Shown: positions 51,810 through 63,516 of the stretch, piece by piece
Position numbering within the stretch: position 1 is the stretch's first letter
Layout of the letters: each line of letters begins with the position of its first letter
From: Acanthaster planci
Taxonomy: Eukaryota
DNA: 64,000 nt
Assembly (NCBI RefSeq): GCF_001949145.1
Contig: NW_019091359.1
Location: 462,021-526,020 of the forward strand
Reading direction: 5' to 3'
The notes under the pieces: generated by a model
Seen by the model: only the letters and a program-made list of their open reading frames with translations
Told to the model about the DNA's origin: nothing
The model's database searches: none
Position numbers and translations under genes: made by a program

Positions 51810-54800
51810 CTGTTTTGCAAATGGAGCCAAAACAAACAACTTAAATTATAAGACAATGCCAGAATAAGGTTTCCCGGTGGAATGGCATGTGTAAATCAAC
51901 AAATGAGACACACTTCTACGGAGATGTTAAAAGACATTTCAAGCCTTTCTAAGCTGACTTAAACTGAGTTGCGATGGCTTGATTGCTACTCTGGAACAAA
52001 CTGCCATGATTGGTGGAGGACATCACTAAAATCTACACACTATAGAGGGATTTCACGTTAGCGCTGTCTGCACATATCTGCATCGAAACCGAGGCTCTCT
52101 GTGTTGAACTTCGTCGTGCTCGACCACGGCCAGAGTCTACACAGTACATGGAGTATCCGGTTCGTAAGTGTGATGCCGCTTCATTCTACCTCCATGGTTT
52201 AAATCACGCCCACTGCACAAGATACACGACCATCACTGGTATGTTAGTTCACGGTCAATTGTCATTATTTTCTCTTTTGATTTCACGTGTCGAGTCATCC
52301 TGAAAGACTCTTCCACAAAAATCTGCAGCCTGAAAAGTCTGAATTTAACATACCTTTATGTATTTTGTGTCTTGACTCCTTACTTTCAATTTTCTGATTG
52401 TATTAAGAATTGAAGCTGACACATACAGCCTCGTTTGCAGTGCGCAGATCGACGCTGAAAGCGTTGTATTGGGATCCATCTATTTCACTGATTCCTAACA
52501 TCAGCTGGTTATTGCTACTGATGTTCCTACCGTATTACTCATCGCAAAAAAATTAAAAACCTTACCTGGCCCTCCATGGAACAAAGGGATCAGAACCCTT
52601 GTAGGGCACTCTGCGATACCGACGTACCATCAAGAAGCCCATGCCAATGACGATAGCAACAAGGACTAATACAATGACAATCACAGTCCAGATAGGGAAA
52701 GTGCCATGGTCAGTGCCGTTATCATTCCCTGTTCCCAGGGGCACCACCCGTGGTGTGCATTCCTTTGTAGCAAGGTTTTCTACAGACAACAATGCATATT
52801 AACCATATAAAGAATACAAACAATATGGAACACAAAATGTTTTATTAATACGATTGACTCTCAATACAAACTCAGTGGAGCCTCGCCAAAATATTTGTTA
52901 TTACAAATTTAGTTGGAAGCATAGTGTCAGCTTTCTCGTGAACTGTGCATGCATTGTGTTACAGTAAGTTCATATAAGCTGCCATAGTTGAGTACAATGG
53001 AGACAATCATGTGGGGAAAAACTACTTATGTTGTAAAGTCAAATAATAACAGAACAACAGAAAACCAAGACTGCGAAAAAAAGGAGAAAACTAGGCACCA
53101 AAACCATATTCAATCTGAATGCAGAAATAGAGCGTCATAAAGACAACTCAAGTAGTGGACAATATATCAGGGGTTATTCCATGATTTACTTTTAATCCCG
53201 TCTTACTGTAAAGGGGCGGGGCAATCAAAACACAATCCTGTTCGTTTGGGATTTTTATTCTACCACTTTCCTACAATGATCCATTGGTCTGTGTTACAGA
53301 AACACTTTCTAGACTTTAAGCCAGTGTGCCACATTATAAACTCAGCGTAACTATGCCATAGTGCATACTCTATTTGATCACATCATGCATTGGCATCATG
53401 CATAGAAAGACATGAATTCAAGCCCATAAGAATCACTTCAATAAAGGTTCATTTGAAAAGGTTGTTAACCATGTTATTCCAATTGATCGTATTAATCGGA
53501 AGTTTGTGTCACTGCGTTCATCTTCAGTGAATATTTCCCCCTAGAAACAGGCAACACTCTGTCGGGACTGATGATTTGTGTTTGCTCTAACAATGAGAGT
53601 CAACCGTGTTGTAGAACCAAAGCTAAACAAGAACATTCAACCTTAATAGCAATGTTGTAGTCGAGTTCATCGCAGGTCTCTGCAAGTCCTTGACAAGTCC
53701 ATCACAAGTCATCTAGTCTAAAAGCAAGTCACAAGCTATTCCAATGAAAAGTGACAAAAGCAGTTCCTTTGTCACTGTTCACCCCGTTGCCTAAGACTTG
53801 TCGTGTGAAATGACTTGTGACAGGACTCGTAAAAACCTGTGGCACACTTTAATAAGTACCTTAAGTACTTGGCTTAAAACCCTGAAAACTCTTCCGTGGC
53901 TGGGAAATTTTCCAACTTGCAACCGCTACAAGATAAGCTTTAGTCTGTGCACTCCATGTAGTGTTCTTGAATGCTGAATGAGTTGACCTTCCACACTGGG
54001 GTTCTTGGCTTTGGTACAATAATTTATTCCTGACAATCTGTCAAGGATCCTTTAACAGTGGGCCTCACTACTGAACTACAGCGTTCCTATGCAGGAATGC
54101 TTGAAGAAGAAATGAAATGCTTGAATGAAGAAAATACTATCTTTAAGGGAAGGAGACTCCAAGGATTTGATTCTAGAGGAGGTTCTAAGAGTTGCCAAGC
54201 CACTCACAACATTCAACAACATGGACTGCGACCAGATGTTCAGGCAATGATAGTCAAACATGGATCACTTACCGGGACACACACAAGAGTACTTGTCTAC
54301 ATCCGGTATACAGACACCTCCATAGGTGCAGGGATTGGGATCACAGATCCTACTGTCAATGTCACAGTTCTGACCTGTAGACAACCACATTGCAACAGTT
54401 CAACACACGATAAAACTGCACTGAAGACAAAGGGTCCAGGGGCAGGGTAAGGGGGACATTCCCCTCTCAAACGGAACAAAAAAGGGAAAAACGAACAGAA
54501 ACATCAAAAGAAAAGAAAAACTGACCAATTTACTTGAAAACACCACAGAATTGACCCCCTTCCATCATTAATGGTTTGAAAGTTTCCTGTTAATAAGAGC
54601 TATGCCCTCCCTAGAGACAAATCTGGTGATGCCCAAAGACAATTGAAAATGTACAGAACGACTTGGCTGTCCGAATCTCAGTGTTCTCTGTCCATCACCA
54701 CGTCTGAATCTGATCCTCCTCCTGACACATCTACTTCAAAGGCCCACTTTTTAATCTTCTGCTTCAAATAAATTAATATTCTCGGCCATGTTTTTGCCTG

Positions 54801-57800
54801 ATTCCAATGAAGACAAAGAAACATGCATGCATGAACATCGCGCTGTCACTTCAATGCGGTATAGCGCAGCATCTTGACATTGTCTTGCTGCTTTTGTTCT
54901 GGACGTGACATCAGGCAATGTGTGCTCATTGAAGAAGTGTCTTGGGGGAATTTGGGGGATGAGGCGAACATGGACTGTTTCTTTACACTTTCGGACAAAA
55001 TTAAGCACCAGAATAGATAAAAACTTTCATTACTTTATTATATATATAGTCAGCGACTATTTAAGAAAACTTTTGCCTCTTTATAAAATCTTATTTGTGA
55101 ACCTTTAAGAAGAAAGCTTTGTTGGAATGAACCATAAAGCTCATTCTATCTTTACCCGTGAATGGCGGGTCACAAGGTTTGCAGTTTTCTCCACCGTAGC
55201 CAAATGCACAGCCTGAGCAGTCCGACAAGATGGGGTCAGAACAGCGGCATTCATGCTGACCATTGGGAAGAGGAATGCAGCTGCCGTTGTAAGCACATTT
55301 CGCACCATCACACAGCCTTGGATCCAACTCACAGAAGTAGCCTTGGAATGACACAAAACGTCCAACTCATGTCAATCAATTCCCTTGTAGCAAATTACTG
55401 ATCAGCTGACTCCATAAAGACAAAAAAAAGTTACTAGGAGCCTTTCAACAACCCAGTGCACCCCATACAGGTTGCCAACGGGAGCCGTTTTCTCAGTGCC
55501 TCTGAGAAACTTGTTTTTGATGTCCATAATGTAACTTTTTCTGTAAAATATGATAAATTGACCTAAGGAGCCTGCAATCTGTTAGTTAGCGGTGCTGCAC
55601 ATAAAAAATGTAAGATAATAACAATGGAATTAAGCAGGTAAGACGCAGACCACAAAGTTTAAATGTGGCCAATTCAAGGCAAATATGTGAGTGGGTATTG
55701 TATCACAAATTGATTTTTATTAATCAGCATACTTTCAAATTATTTGACTACAACAACAAACGAAGCACCAAATATCAGTAAATTAATAAGTAGTGCATCA
55801 ACTTGGAACTCAATTACTAACAAAATAGTTTGAAATCGCTTTTCTACTATTCAAGCTTCCAAATTGAAAAGTCCACATTTGTCAAAACGGCACGAATTGT
55901 TTGGTCACTGTTAAAGTGCATCAAGCTAATTTCAGCAAAATAAATGCACGATGCGAAGTGTTATTTTGGGGTTCTGAAACACAGGTGGTGTCTTGGAAGT
56001 ATATCGTCTGAATGTGGTCATGATCAGCTGCAACATAAAACTAGAAGACTTGGACTTGATTTCACTTGTATTGAATTTGTATGGCAACTCAATTAGAGAC
56101 CTCTGGTTATTTCTTGTTCACCGATGTTAGTATTTTTTAATGGAAAAGTGATCCCAACAGTAACTACATATGTGACCCACTATGTGAAAATGAGTCTTAA
56201 GTTGCCAGAGCCACTTTTTGAGTTTTCATTTGCATTGGAAAGAGCAAATTGAGCTTTTTGTTTGATATATCACTCAGTTTGGCATCCTGATGAAAGTGGA
56301 TACTCCATGGTGACAAATGCTGTGGGTTCCTGTTGATTTACACTGTGCAAAATTATTCTAAAGGACTGTCACTCCAAAGTGGCTCTGGTGACTTACGACT
56401 CGTTTTCGCAGAGTGGGTCACATATGGCAAATGAAAGTAGACATGGTTGTGAGAATTACATGCAAGAAATGTTTACAGTAAGATGCGATTTGTTTACACA
56501 AGATGATGGAAAAAAAGATTTGAGGCTCCCATGGTGAAGGGAGTAAGTTAACAGCAGCGGAATGGTTTTTAAAAGTGGGAGGGGGGTGGAGCAAGCCCCC
56601 GCCATTAGGCTGAAAAGAATACAATTACAAAGTACCTCCATCAGCTGGTAGGCCTATAAAGGGGGGGGGGAATAACTACCTTTTCAGGGGTGGAAGTGTT
56701 ACCCCGGTTCCACCGTCGGTGAAGCAAGTTAACTAACAGGCTTGTGGTAGCACCATGCAAAAATACCTTTTTTTTGGTGAGTTTATGTGGTTTTGAAAGA
56801 ACCAGACGGTACTCAAGGTGTGGTGCGTTAGCATTTTCTCCACACCTCACTGTCTCCAGACAACATGAGCCCCTTCACCATTGGAATCCATGCAGTCCCC
56901 GGACGACGGACCGACAGACAGAGCGTACTGTCCAAAACTTAGAGTTCCCTCTGGTTCTTTTCAGACCAACACATACTCACAAAAGAGATTTTTTTGCACC
57001 GTGCTACCACAAACCTATTACTTAATATGATGGAAGGAAGCATTTAATGGAAAGACAGCCTAAGTAATCACAGGGAAGTCTTTGCTGCTCACCTTCATAG
57101 GGTGCAACACATTGACAGGTATAGATCCCTACCCCATCAATGCATTTTGCACCATTCTGGCATTGATGATCAGCACAGTCGTCTGCGTCGCCGTCACATA
57201 ATGGCCCTTCAAATCCCCGTTTACACTCACAGGTATAACGCACAGTATTTGCCACGTTCACACACTTCACAGTGCCTAACGAGAAATGTAGATGTGTACA
57301 AAAACATCAGGAGAATTGCAATTGCCTGGATTTTGCTAACGCAAACCAGCTCCCTCTACTTGCAAAAAATCTAAAAAACAACAGCCAAAGAGTTCAACTA
57401 AAATTCCTAAGATGAAAAATGTAAAGGCATTCACTTTGTTTCAACAATGATTGCTTAAACCTTTGGACCTTTTAAATTGTCTATTCATGTAAGAAAATGA
57501 ATCAAGTTGGCAAAGCAGGTTAAATATGGATGCAATTAATGGAAAGATTAGCACCCATGTACAAACAAAGATTATATTCCAAACATTGGCTATGTTCTAA
57601 AACTGTTTCATATCTCTCATGTTAATCAAACTAATCAACAAATGGGATAAAAACTTCTCAAAAAGATGGAGAAAAGAATTGTTACTTTCTGTGGTAGTGA
57701 TGGCATTAAATGCAGGCCATGGCCCAGTATTTACGTTAATTTTTTATTTCAACTTTTTAATAATCATTTGACCAAACAAACGCCGCAAAAACATTGAAAA

Positions 57801-60800
57801 TTTCCAAATTCTACACACATCAATGAAGTCTACATATGAAAATGAATCAGGTTTTCATTTACCCAGAGGAGAACATTGGTTCTGTTGGCAACTGTCCACC
57901 TCCATAGTACAATCTCGCCCACTCCAACCAGGTAGACAGCTACAGCTGAAGTTGCGGATACCACCAAATCCATTCACACACTGACCAGGGATAGAGTGAA
58001 GCACATGACAGGGGAAGGGTGTGCACTCATCAATATCGCTACATGTGAAACCATCACCTGGGGGGTGGTAAATAAAAGCAGTCAGAAAAATATAGACCTT
58101 GAAATTCACTCATAAATGTAAAACTGTAAACATCTTCCATTTGCACCAAAGCGAATTTTTCAACAGAGCCTGGTTCTGCAGGACAAGTGCCCTCTAACTG
58201 CGTAGTGAAAAGGGGACAGCATGAGCCGGCAGTAGAATGCTACGTGCAGTATCAAAGTAGAAACCATGCAGGTGGGTTTGTGCATGTCTGGTGTACGGTA
58301 GATGATTTAAAATGGGAAAGTCATGTGAGCGAAGTAATCAAAAAAAGCAACTGAAAGTTATACATGCTACTATATATATTCCTGCTGGCGATCTTTTAGT
58401 TATCTATAAAGGTTACATTAGACCCATCTTGGACTACTGTGTTCCCGTGTTTAATAGTAATCTTACCCAAGAACAAGTGTATAGGTTAGAACGTATTCAA
58501 AAACGGGTGTGCAAAATCATACTCGGTAAAGATTATACACGCTATGACAATGCTTTTAACTTATGCAACCTTGAAACACTGCAAGAATGACGACAGAAAA
58601 TCTGCTACGATTTTACTTTGTCAATTGAATCCCATAATGTGTGTAAAGGTTGGTTACCACCTTAAAAAAAGTCTTTTAACTTAAGATTCGCTCAGAAATA
58701 TGAACAGTGTGAGTGTCAAACAAAACGGTTTTCAAATAGTGCTCTCCCTAAAATTGTCAACATCTTAAACTCTTTATAATTTTTATTTTTCCCCTTTTTT
58801 ACCGTTATTTTATACTTTATTCTCTATCTTCCATATATTTGTACTACATACCTTATATATATATTTTAAGAATATTTCTTAATTAGTTGAACTCATTATT
58901 AATTTTGATGTATTGTAATAGCACTTGTAGTTTTAATGAATGTTTACGTGTACAATTCAGTTTTTACTGCCATACATGTCTTTTTAATAAACCATTCTTG
59001 AATTGAAAACGGTACTCAGTGCCGTACATGTGAGTGTAGAAATGAGAAAATGCTGTTGACACGTCCTCTCTTGTTGATGCAAGAATCTTGGACTTCAACA
59101 GATACACATGGGGGGTGCCCAGTAACAGCTGAAGTACCTTAGTAGCTAACACAACAGTGGGTAGCAGTTTTTACACTTAGGCCATTTGCAGACTCATTTT
59201 TTTTCCATACAGAGAAATAAGCTACATAATACATGGTGCATCGGTGGCTATAAGTGCGTAGAACGATCACCTCTCACCACTTTGACCTGAGATCAATTCC
59301 CAGCCAAGGCTGCACGTGGGAAAAGTTGTTCAGTAATTCTCTCTTGTGCCTTAAGGGTTTTCTCAATTTTCCTCTCTCTGTAAAAATCAACACTTTCAAC
59401 CTCTGGCTCTTTTCCACATTCAGATATGCTTCACTTGGTGAAGATGCCTTTATATGTCTTTGGCACAGCCCCCGTTGCAGCTGCGTCTTTCAACAAATAA
59501 TTTAGCCTATTGGCTGTAATAAAATGAACATGAACAAATTGAACCGCTGGATTGAAAGTTTCAGGTACCTGTAAATCCTGCTTTGCACGTGCAGAATCCT
59601 CGTAGGCATGTTGCATAAGGGCTACAATAACCGGGCTGGCTACATCGGTCATCAGAGGTCACTCTGACTGTGATGACTTGACGGAAACTTAGGTAAGTTG
59701 GATCCGTGACTTGAATAAAGAGACTCAGCACGTTGGTGGTCCAGGCGTCTAATCGCCGTGCCAACAGCAACTGATCTCCACTGATGCTAAAGAAGGAGTG
59801 GGAGTCTTCGTCTACAAAGAAGCTGAATGCAAAACCACCGGCGGTGTCCGGATCAGTGACCACAAAATTCCCCAGGGATTCACCCACATTCAGGGTCTCA
59901 GGAATGGTGAGTGTGGTGTTCCCGTCCACCGTCAGGGCTGTGGGGGGCTCTGGAGTGTCGGTGATGCCGATGTCAAAGTTCTTGACCAGCTCCAAGTTGG
60001 TGTTGAGTTCTGCCACCTTGACCTGGATGGTAATGATTGGGGTGGTTTCGTGGTCCAAGAGACGCTGGACTAGGACCCTGTGTTGCTGGATGTAGAATGG
60101 CGTTCCAAGAGAGATCATGGTGTACACGTAAGCAGTTTGTGTGCCATCTGGATCGTTAATGCTTAATTGACCTATCAATACAAGCCCAAAAGAAATACTG
60201 TGGTTATACTGCAGCAAAACTTGCCCGACAGGTTGAAGAAAAGCCCAACTTGCATACAAAAATGCAAACAAAATGGCATATAGGTCAGTAAAGTTGACTC
60301 TTCCAATTCTGTTTAAGGCAGCAGTACCTGACCATTAAAAGTACCGCAGTTGGAAAAGTATTTTGCAACAAAATCTTAGTTCTGAACAGCAGTTACTATT
60401 ACATAAAGTTGACCACCTCAACTTCCAAGGAAACTCAGTGCACTCACTGTAGATACAAACAGCTAGTTAATCACAAAAACCACCTCAACCCTCTAGGTAC
60501 CCCTTTCTACCAAAGGAGGTGAGAGGAACTCGTAACAAACTGTCTTGCTCAAGGACACATGCACCAAAATCCCACATTCTGGGCTCGAGCCCACAATCTG
60601 CAGAATGACCCACTGGCCTGTCTCCATTTTGATTTCTCAGCTAGACCATATGGCACTGCACTCCACTCCATTCCCAAGATAAGCACTCCATCTGCAACAC
60701 GGCAAATGTCCCTCCATGTTCAAAATTTCTTTCTTACCAACTTGAGTGTCTATTAAGGCTCCTTCACTGACCATGATGGGGCTAAGGCTCATGTCTAATG

Positions 60801-63516
60801 GGGCCTCGTCTACATCAAAGACAACAACACGTAACTGGCCCGTGACCACCTGTGCAACAACAAAAGAATGAAATCATGAATGAACTGCACTGTGGCATGG
60901 CACTTTTCTCATGGAAAAGGGGCTCTTGAAAATGATTACATACATACAAATTGGACTATTGGCTTGCATTTATTAAAGGAGCAGGCAGGTTGGTTTTGTG
61001 GAACTAAATTCAATTTCTCCGTCATCCACAGCAGGTGACCTCTGTATCGATAAAGCCGATGACCATGCTAATGTTATCACTGGTCATAAGCATTGTTAGA
61101 ACCATCGTAAAGAACTATTGTTCCGTGATGGTGGTTCCATACAAAGCCAACGTAATGTTTTCTGCCATTTAAAAGGGGCCACCAGAAATGTCTAGTGAAA
61201 CATTGCTGAATTTGTCAATAAACATAAACATTTATCAAAATGTCAGGGATGGGGGGCAATGACACCCACAAACACTGAGCATCCCCAGGGCATATTCTAT
61301 CGTCACCACAAAATGAGAGGAAAGATGGAATTTTTGAAAACTGAAACATTGGTATTTTTGACTTCAACCAAAACAGAGCTTTCCAATGATATATAACACG
61401 TAGGGTAAAAGTTGGGTGACAATGTGAAATTGTTCCAGCAGCTTTGTGTCTTAGTATCCAAAATTGTTTCAACATTTCATACAAGGCATGAATAATGCTA
61501 TCGTCAAAATTGATAAGAAAATTATTTTTACAAATATCTGATCCTGCAAAAAGTTCAGAATTAAATAGATGGGTTACTCTTTCAAAAGTTCAGAATCAAA
61601 TAGATGGGTTACTCTTTCCAAAATATTGTAAAAGCAAAAAAACTCCCCTTCAATTTTGAATTTGAACAGTCGATAATAAAATTTGAAGAGTGTGACTTTA
61701 CGCTCATTACGTTGTGGTGGGTTGCATATGTAGTTGTGGACTTGAATATAAGCAATAACACTCACCAGGTTGGGAGTGTCTCTGTAACTGGCCTTAACAT
61801 ACAACATGTACTCTCTCTGTGTCTCATGGTCCAAGGCACCGCTCACCAGTATGTACTGGCCAATTTCAGGGATGACAAAGGGGACATTACCAGCCTCACG
61901 CTTGGACCTGGCATGTAGCCTGAGTGCAGCCCTTTTTCTGCGTCCTGTGAGGGGAAATTTCAACCACAGTTTCAAACCAAAATTTAAAAAACCCCAAATA
62001 ACTGACAAAAGCAACTGGTTTCAGCTATGGTCTTGCCCAATAGTCTCATCTTAGAGGTCATCCATATAGTATATGTGCAAAATAAGGGAAGGGGGGTTGT
62101 GACATTAAGTATACCTTGCGTTTGGGCAATTAACGCTGATTGACAAACTTCTTCTGGAAAACTTTTCCAGTTTGCCAAGTTTACTACCAAATATGGAACT
62201 GTGTAGGTGTGAACAAAGCTAGAAAACACAGACATTGAATAGTAAATTCACAAAGATAAGATTTAATAAATGAGACAATTCAGATTATCGCAGTGCTGTA
62301 ATAAAATAAATATTTAGGACAAAAGAACTCAGCTGTATAATTTGCCCTCAAAAATATATTTTTACAAACAGGTGTTAATCTGAAGTCTTAATTTAGTTTG
62401 GTTTATTTATTTTTATCTCGCTTGCATTTATCATCCAATGTCTATGTTTGTTCACAAAGAGTTCAAGTTTTGGTAGTGAGCTTGGTACATGAAAACTACT
62501 CAGCAACAACATCTGTGGCCATCCTACAAAGTCAATTTGCAGTGAAAGCTTAAATGAATGAAAAAAGACTGAATAACCATGAACTCTCAAAATAGCCTGT
62601 GTGGTATACTCTTACCAAGTCTATTGAGTCTGTTGTACTCATTTTCTGAGATCAATGACGACACAAGAGCTGACTGATCTGACGCTGGGGTTCCATCAGC
62701 TGCAATAACCGTGACATAGGCTACGATGCCAATGCCATCCTGGGCATCCTCCCTAATAGTTGCTATTGGCAAGGTGATGACGTGTCCTTGGAAGTTGCTC
62801 AAGTTGGGTGGATTGACGTTGGTGGTGGTGTCATCATCCGCGGCATTAGTGAACACGATGCCTGTGGGTCTCTCTGGTCCATCCAGGACATCGATGACAA
62901 ACGTCTTCTCGATGGTGTTCTGTGGAAGGGAGTCGCGGCAGCTTATCCTGATCGAGTGAGATGATGCTGTTTCAAAGTCCAACCCTTCGGAGTAAGCCAC
63001 TTGGAGCTGAATCTCACCTCCAAAGTTGACAATATCGAAACGACCACCAGCATCATCGAGCAATGTGCAGTAAAACCGCTGGTCACTGTCACTGGGATCC
63101 TGGACCTGGATGTTTCCAACAACGGTTCCCACTACTGAGCCTTCCAGGACTGAGGACCCTGTCAGCTGGATGTCCGTAGGGGATAAGTTCACCCCCAGCA
63201 CTGATATTGTGAATGTCTGTACATGAATAAGCAGGGTTACCCCATTCAGGTCTCTCACAACAAATGTCACCTGGACTGAGTGTTCATGTAATGTCCCATT
63301 AGCAACGGCTAGCTTGTTACCACTGGTGATTTGTAGGGCACCCCCAGGGGTCTGTGTTTGGATATTAAATTGGTGTTGCTGCGCACGGTCCTCATCAATG
63401 GCATCTAGAGTGGCTATTACCATCCCAGACGGTGAGTCAGCTGAGAGGGTGCTGATTTGGGTCATTACGATTCCAGTGGGGGGATCATTACCATCCAAGA
63501 CAGTCACAGTTACACC
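50819..63516 (-). CDS. 5'-incomplete multi-exon gene: atypical cadherin-repeat / EGF-repeat single-pass transmembrane protein (10 exons, 3666 nt, 1221 aa visible)
   Basis: Exons 63516-62616, 61944-61766, 60849-60738, 60171-59569, 58057-57863, 57275-57093, 55341-55156, 54374-54273, 52779-52566 and 51809-50819 have AG acceptors, GT donors and compatible phases (0,1,0,1,1,1,1,1,1,2). Domains read continuously across junctions, e.g. CKAGFTG|DGFTC and CVAPYEG|YFC. Confidence 0.92.
52042..52482. mobile_element. Degenerate MITE-like element in the last intron
   Basis: Imperfect terminal pairs ATAGAGGGAT/ATCCATCTAT and AACCGAGGCT/AGCCTCGTTT. Confidence 0.4.
52566..52779 (-). CDS. Exon: transmembrane helix
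   Basis: Acceptor tctgtag|AA and donor CAG|gtaag. Hydrophobic IWTVIVIVLVLVAIVIGMGFLMV followed by the basic stop-transfer RRYRR. Confidence 0.93.
53680..53830. repeat. CAAGTC/GACTTG subrepeat foldback in an intron
   Basis: Four CAAGTC units followed by GACTTG units. TCACAAGTCAT pairs with ATGACTTGTGA. Confidence 0.5.
54273..54374 (-). CDS. Exon: last EGF domain (not in the supplied ORF track)
   Basis: Manual translation gives (G)QNCDIDSRICDPNPCTYGGVCIPDVDKYSCVCP. Acceptor ctacag|GT and donor CCCG|gtaag. Confidence 0.92.
55156..55341 (-). CDS. Exon: EGF domain plus irregular Cys-rich segment
   Basis: Acceptor ttccaag|GC (AAG type) and donor ACGG|gtaaa. Encodes CAYNGSCIPLPNGQHECRC...CAFGYGGENC. 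Confidence 0.88.
56167..56426. mobile_element. MITE-like element with ~50-bp terminal inverted repeats (intronic)
   Basis: CATATGTGACCCACTATGTGAAAATGAGTCTTAAGTTGCCAGAGCCACTTT pairs with AAAGTGGCTCTGGTGACTTACGACTCGTTTTCGCAGAGTGGGTCACATATG. Confidence 0.8.
57093..57275 (-). CDS. Exon: EGF domains
   Basis: Acceptor tctcgttag|GC and donor GAAG|gtgag. Encodes CECKRGFEGPLC and CQNGAKCIDGVGIYTCQC. Confidence 0.93.
57863..58057 (-). CDS. Exon: Ca-binding-type EGF domain
   Basis: Acceptor cccccag|GT and donor CTGG|gtaaa. Encodes DIDEC...CSCLPGWSGRDC. Confidence 0.92.
58301..59008 (+). mobile_element. 5'-truncated, degenerate non-LTR retrotransposon (CR1/L2 group), intronic and antisense to the host gene
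   Basis: ORF2 C-terminal motifs DDLKWESHV..IKKA and YKGYIRPILDYCVPVF...LERIQKRVCKIILG...TKRFSNS, with a frameshift and internal stops. AATAAA at 58986, (TTGAA)2 tail, 6-bp direct repeat ACGGTA at 58295-58300 and 59009-59014. Confidence 0.9.
59569..60171 (-). CDS. Exon: last two cadherin repeats and first EGF domain
   Basis: Acceptor ttgatag|GT and donor ACAG|gtacc. Contains DPD (twice), LDHET, ITDTPEPP, then CSQPGYCSPYATCLRGFCTCKAGFTG. Confidence 0.92.
60495..60660 (-). mobile_element. Degenerate CORE-like SINE remnant in an intron
   Basis: TGTCTTGCTCAAGGACAC motif next to a B-box-like GGGCTCGAGCCC (60581-60592). Boundaries are approximate. Confidence 0.5.
60738..60849 (-). CDS. Exon: cadherin inter-repeat linker
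   Basis: Acceptor ttgcacag|GTG and donor GTTG|gtaag. Encodes VVVFDVDEAP...VSEGA. Confidence 0.9.
61549..61618. repeat. 35-bp tandem duplication (intronic)
   Basis: AAAAGTTCAGAAT(T/C)AAATAGATGGGTTACTCTTTC twice, one mismatch. Confidence 0.9.
61766..61944 (-). CDS. Exon: polybasic insert (RRKR...RSKR) plus the second half of a cadherin repeat
   Basis: Acceptor cctcacag|GA and donor CTG|gtgag. Contains LDHETQREYMLYVKA. Confidence 0.9.
62616..63516 (-). CDS. Exon: cadherin repeats (end of one, two complete, first half of the next)
   Basis: Acceptor ttccctag|GGT and donor CTTG|gtaag. Contains VTVLDGNDPP, DxD motifs, LDFET and VIDVLDGPERP. Confidence 0.93.

Noticed and set aside
56953..56967. 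Histone stem-loop-like GGTTCTTTTCAGACC
   Set aside because: The stem is imperfect, the site is intronic and there is no histone ORF upstream.
58312..58590. 92-aa ORF as a nested gene
   Set aside because: It is the decayed C-terminus of a LINE ORF2, with a frameshift, stops and a TSD.
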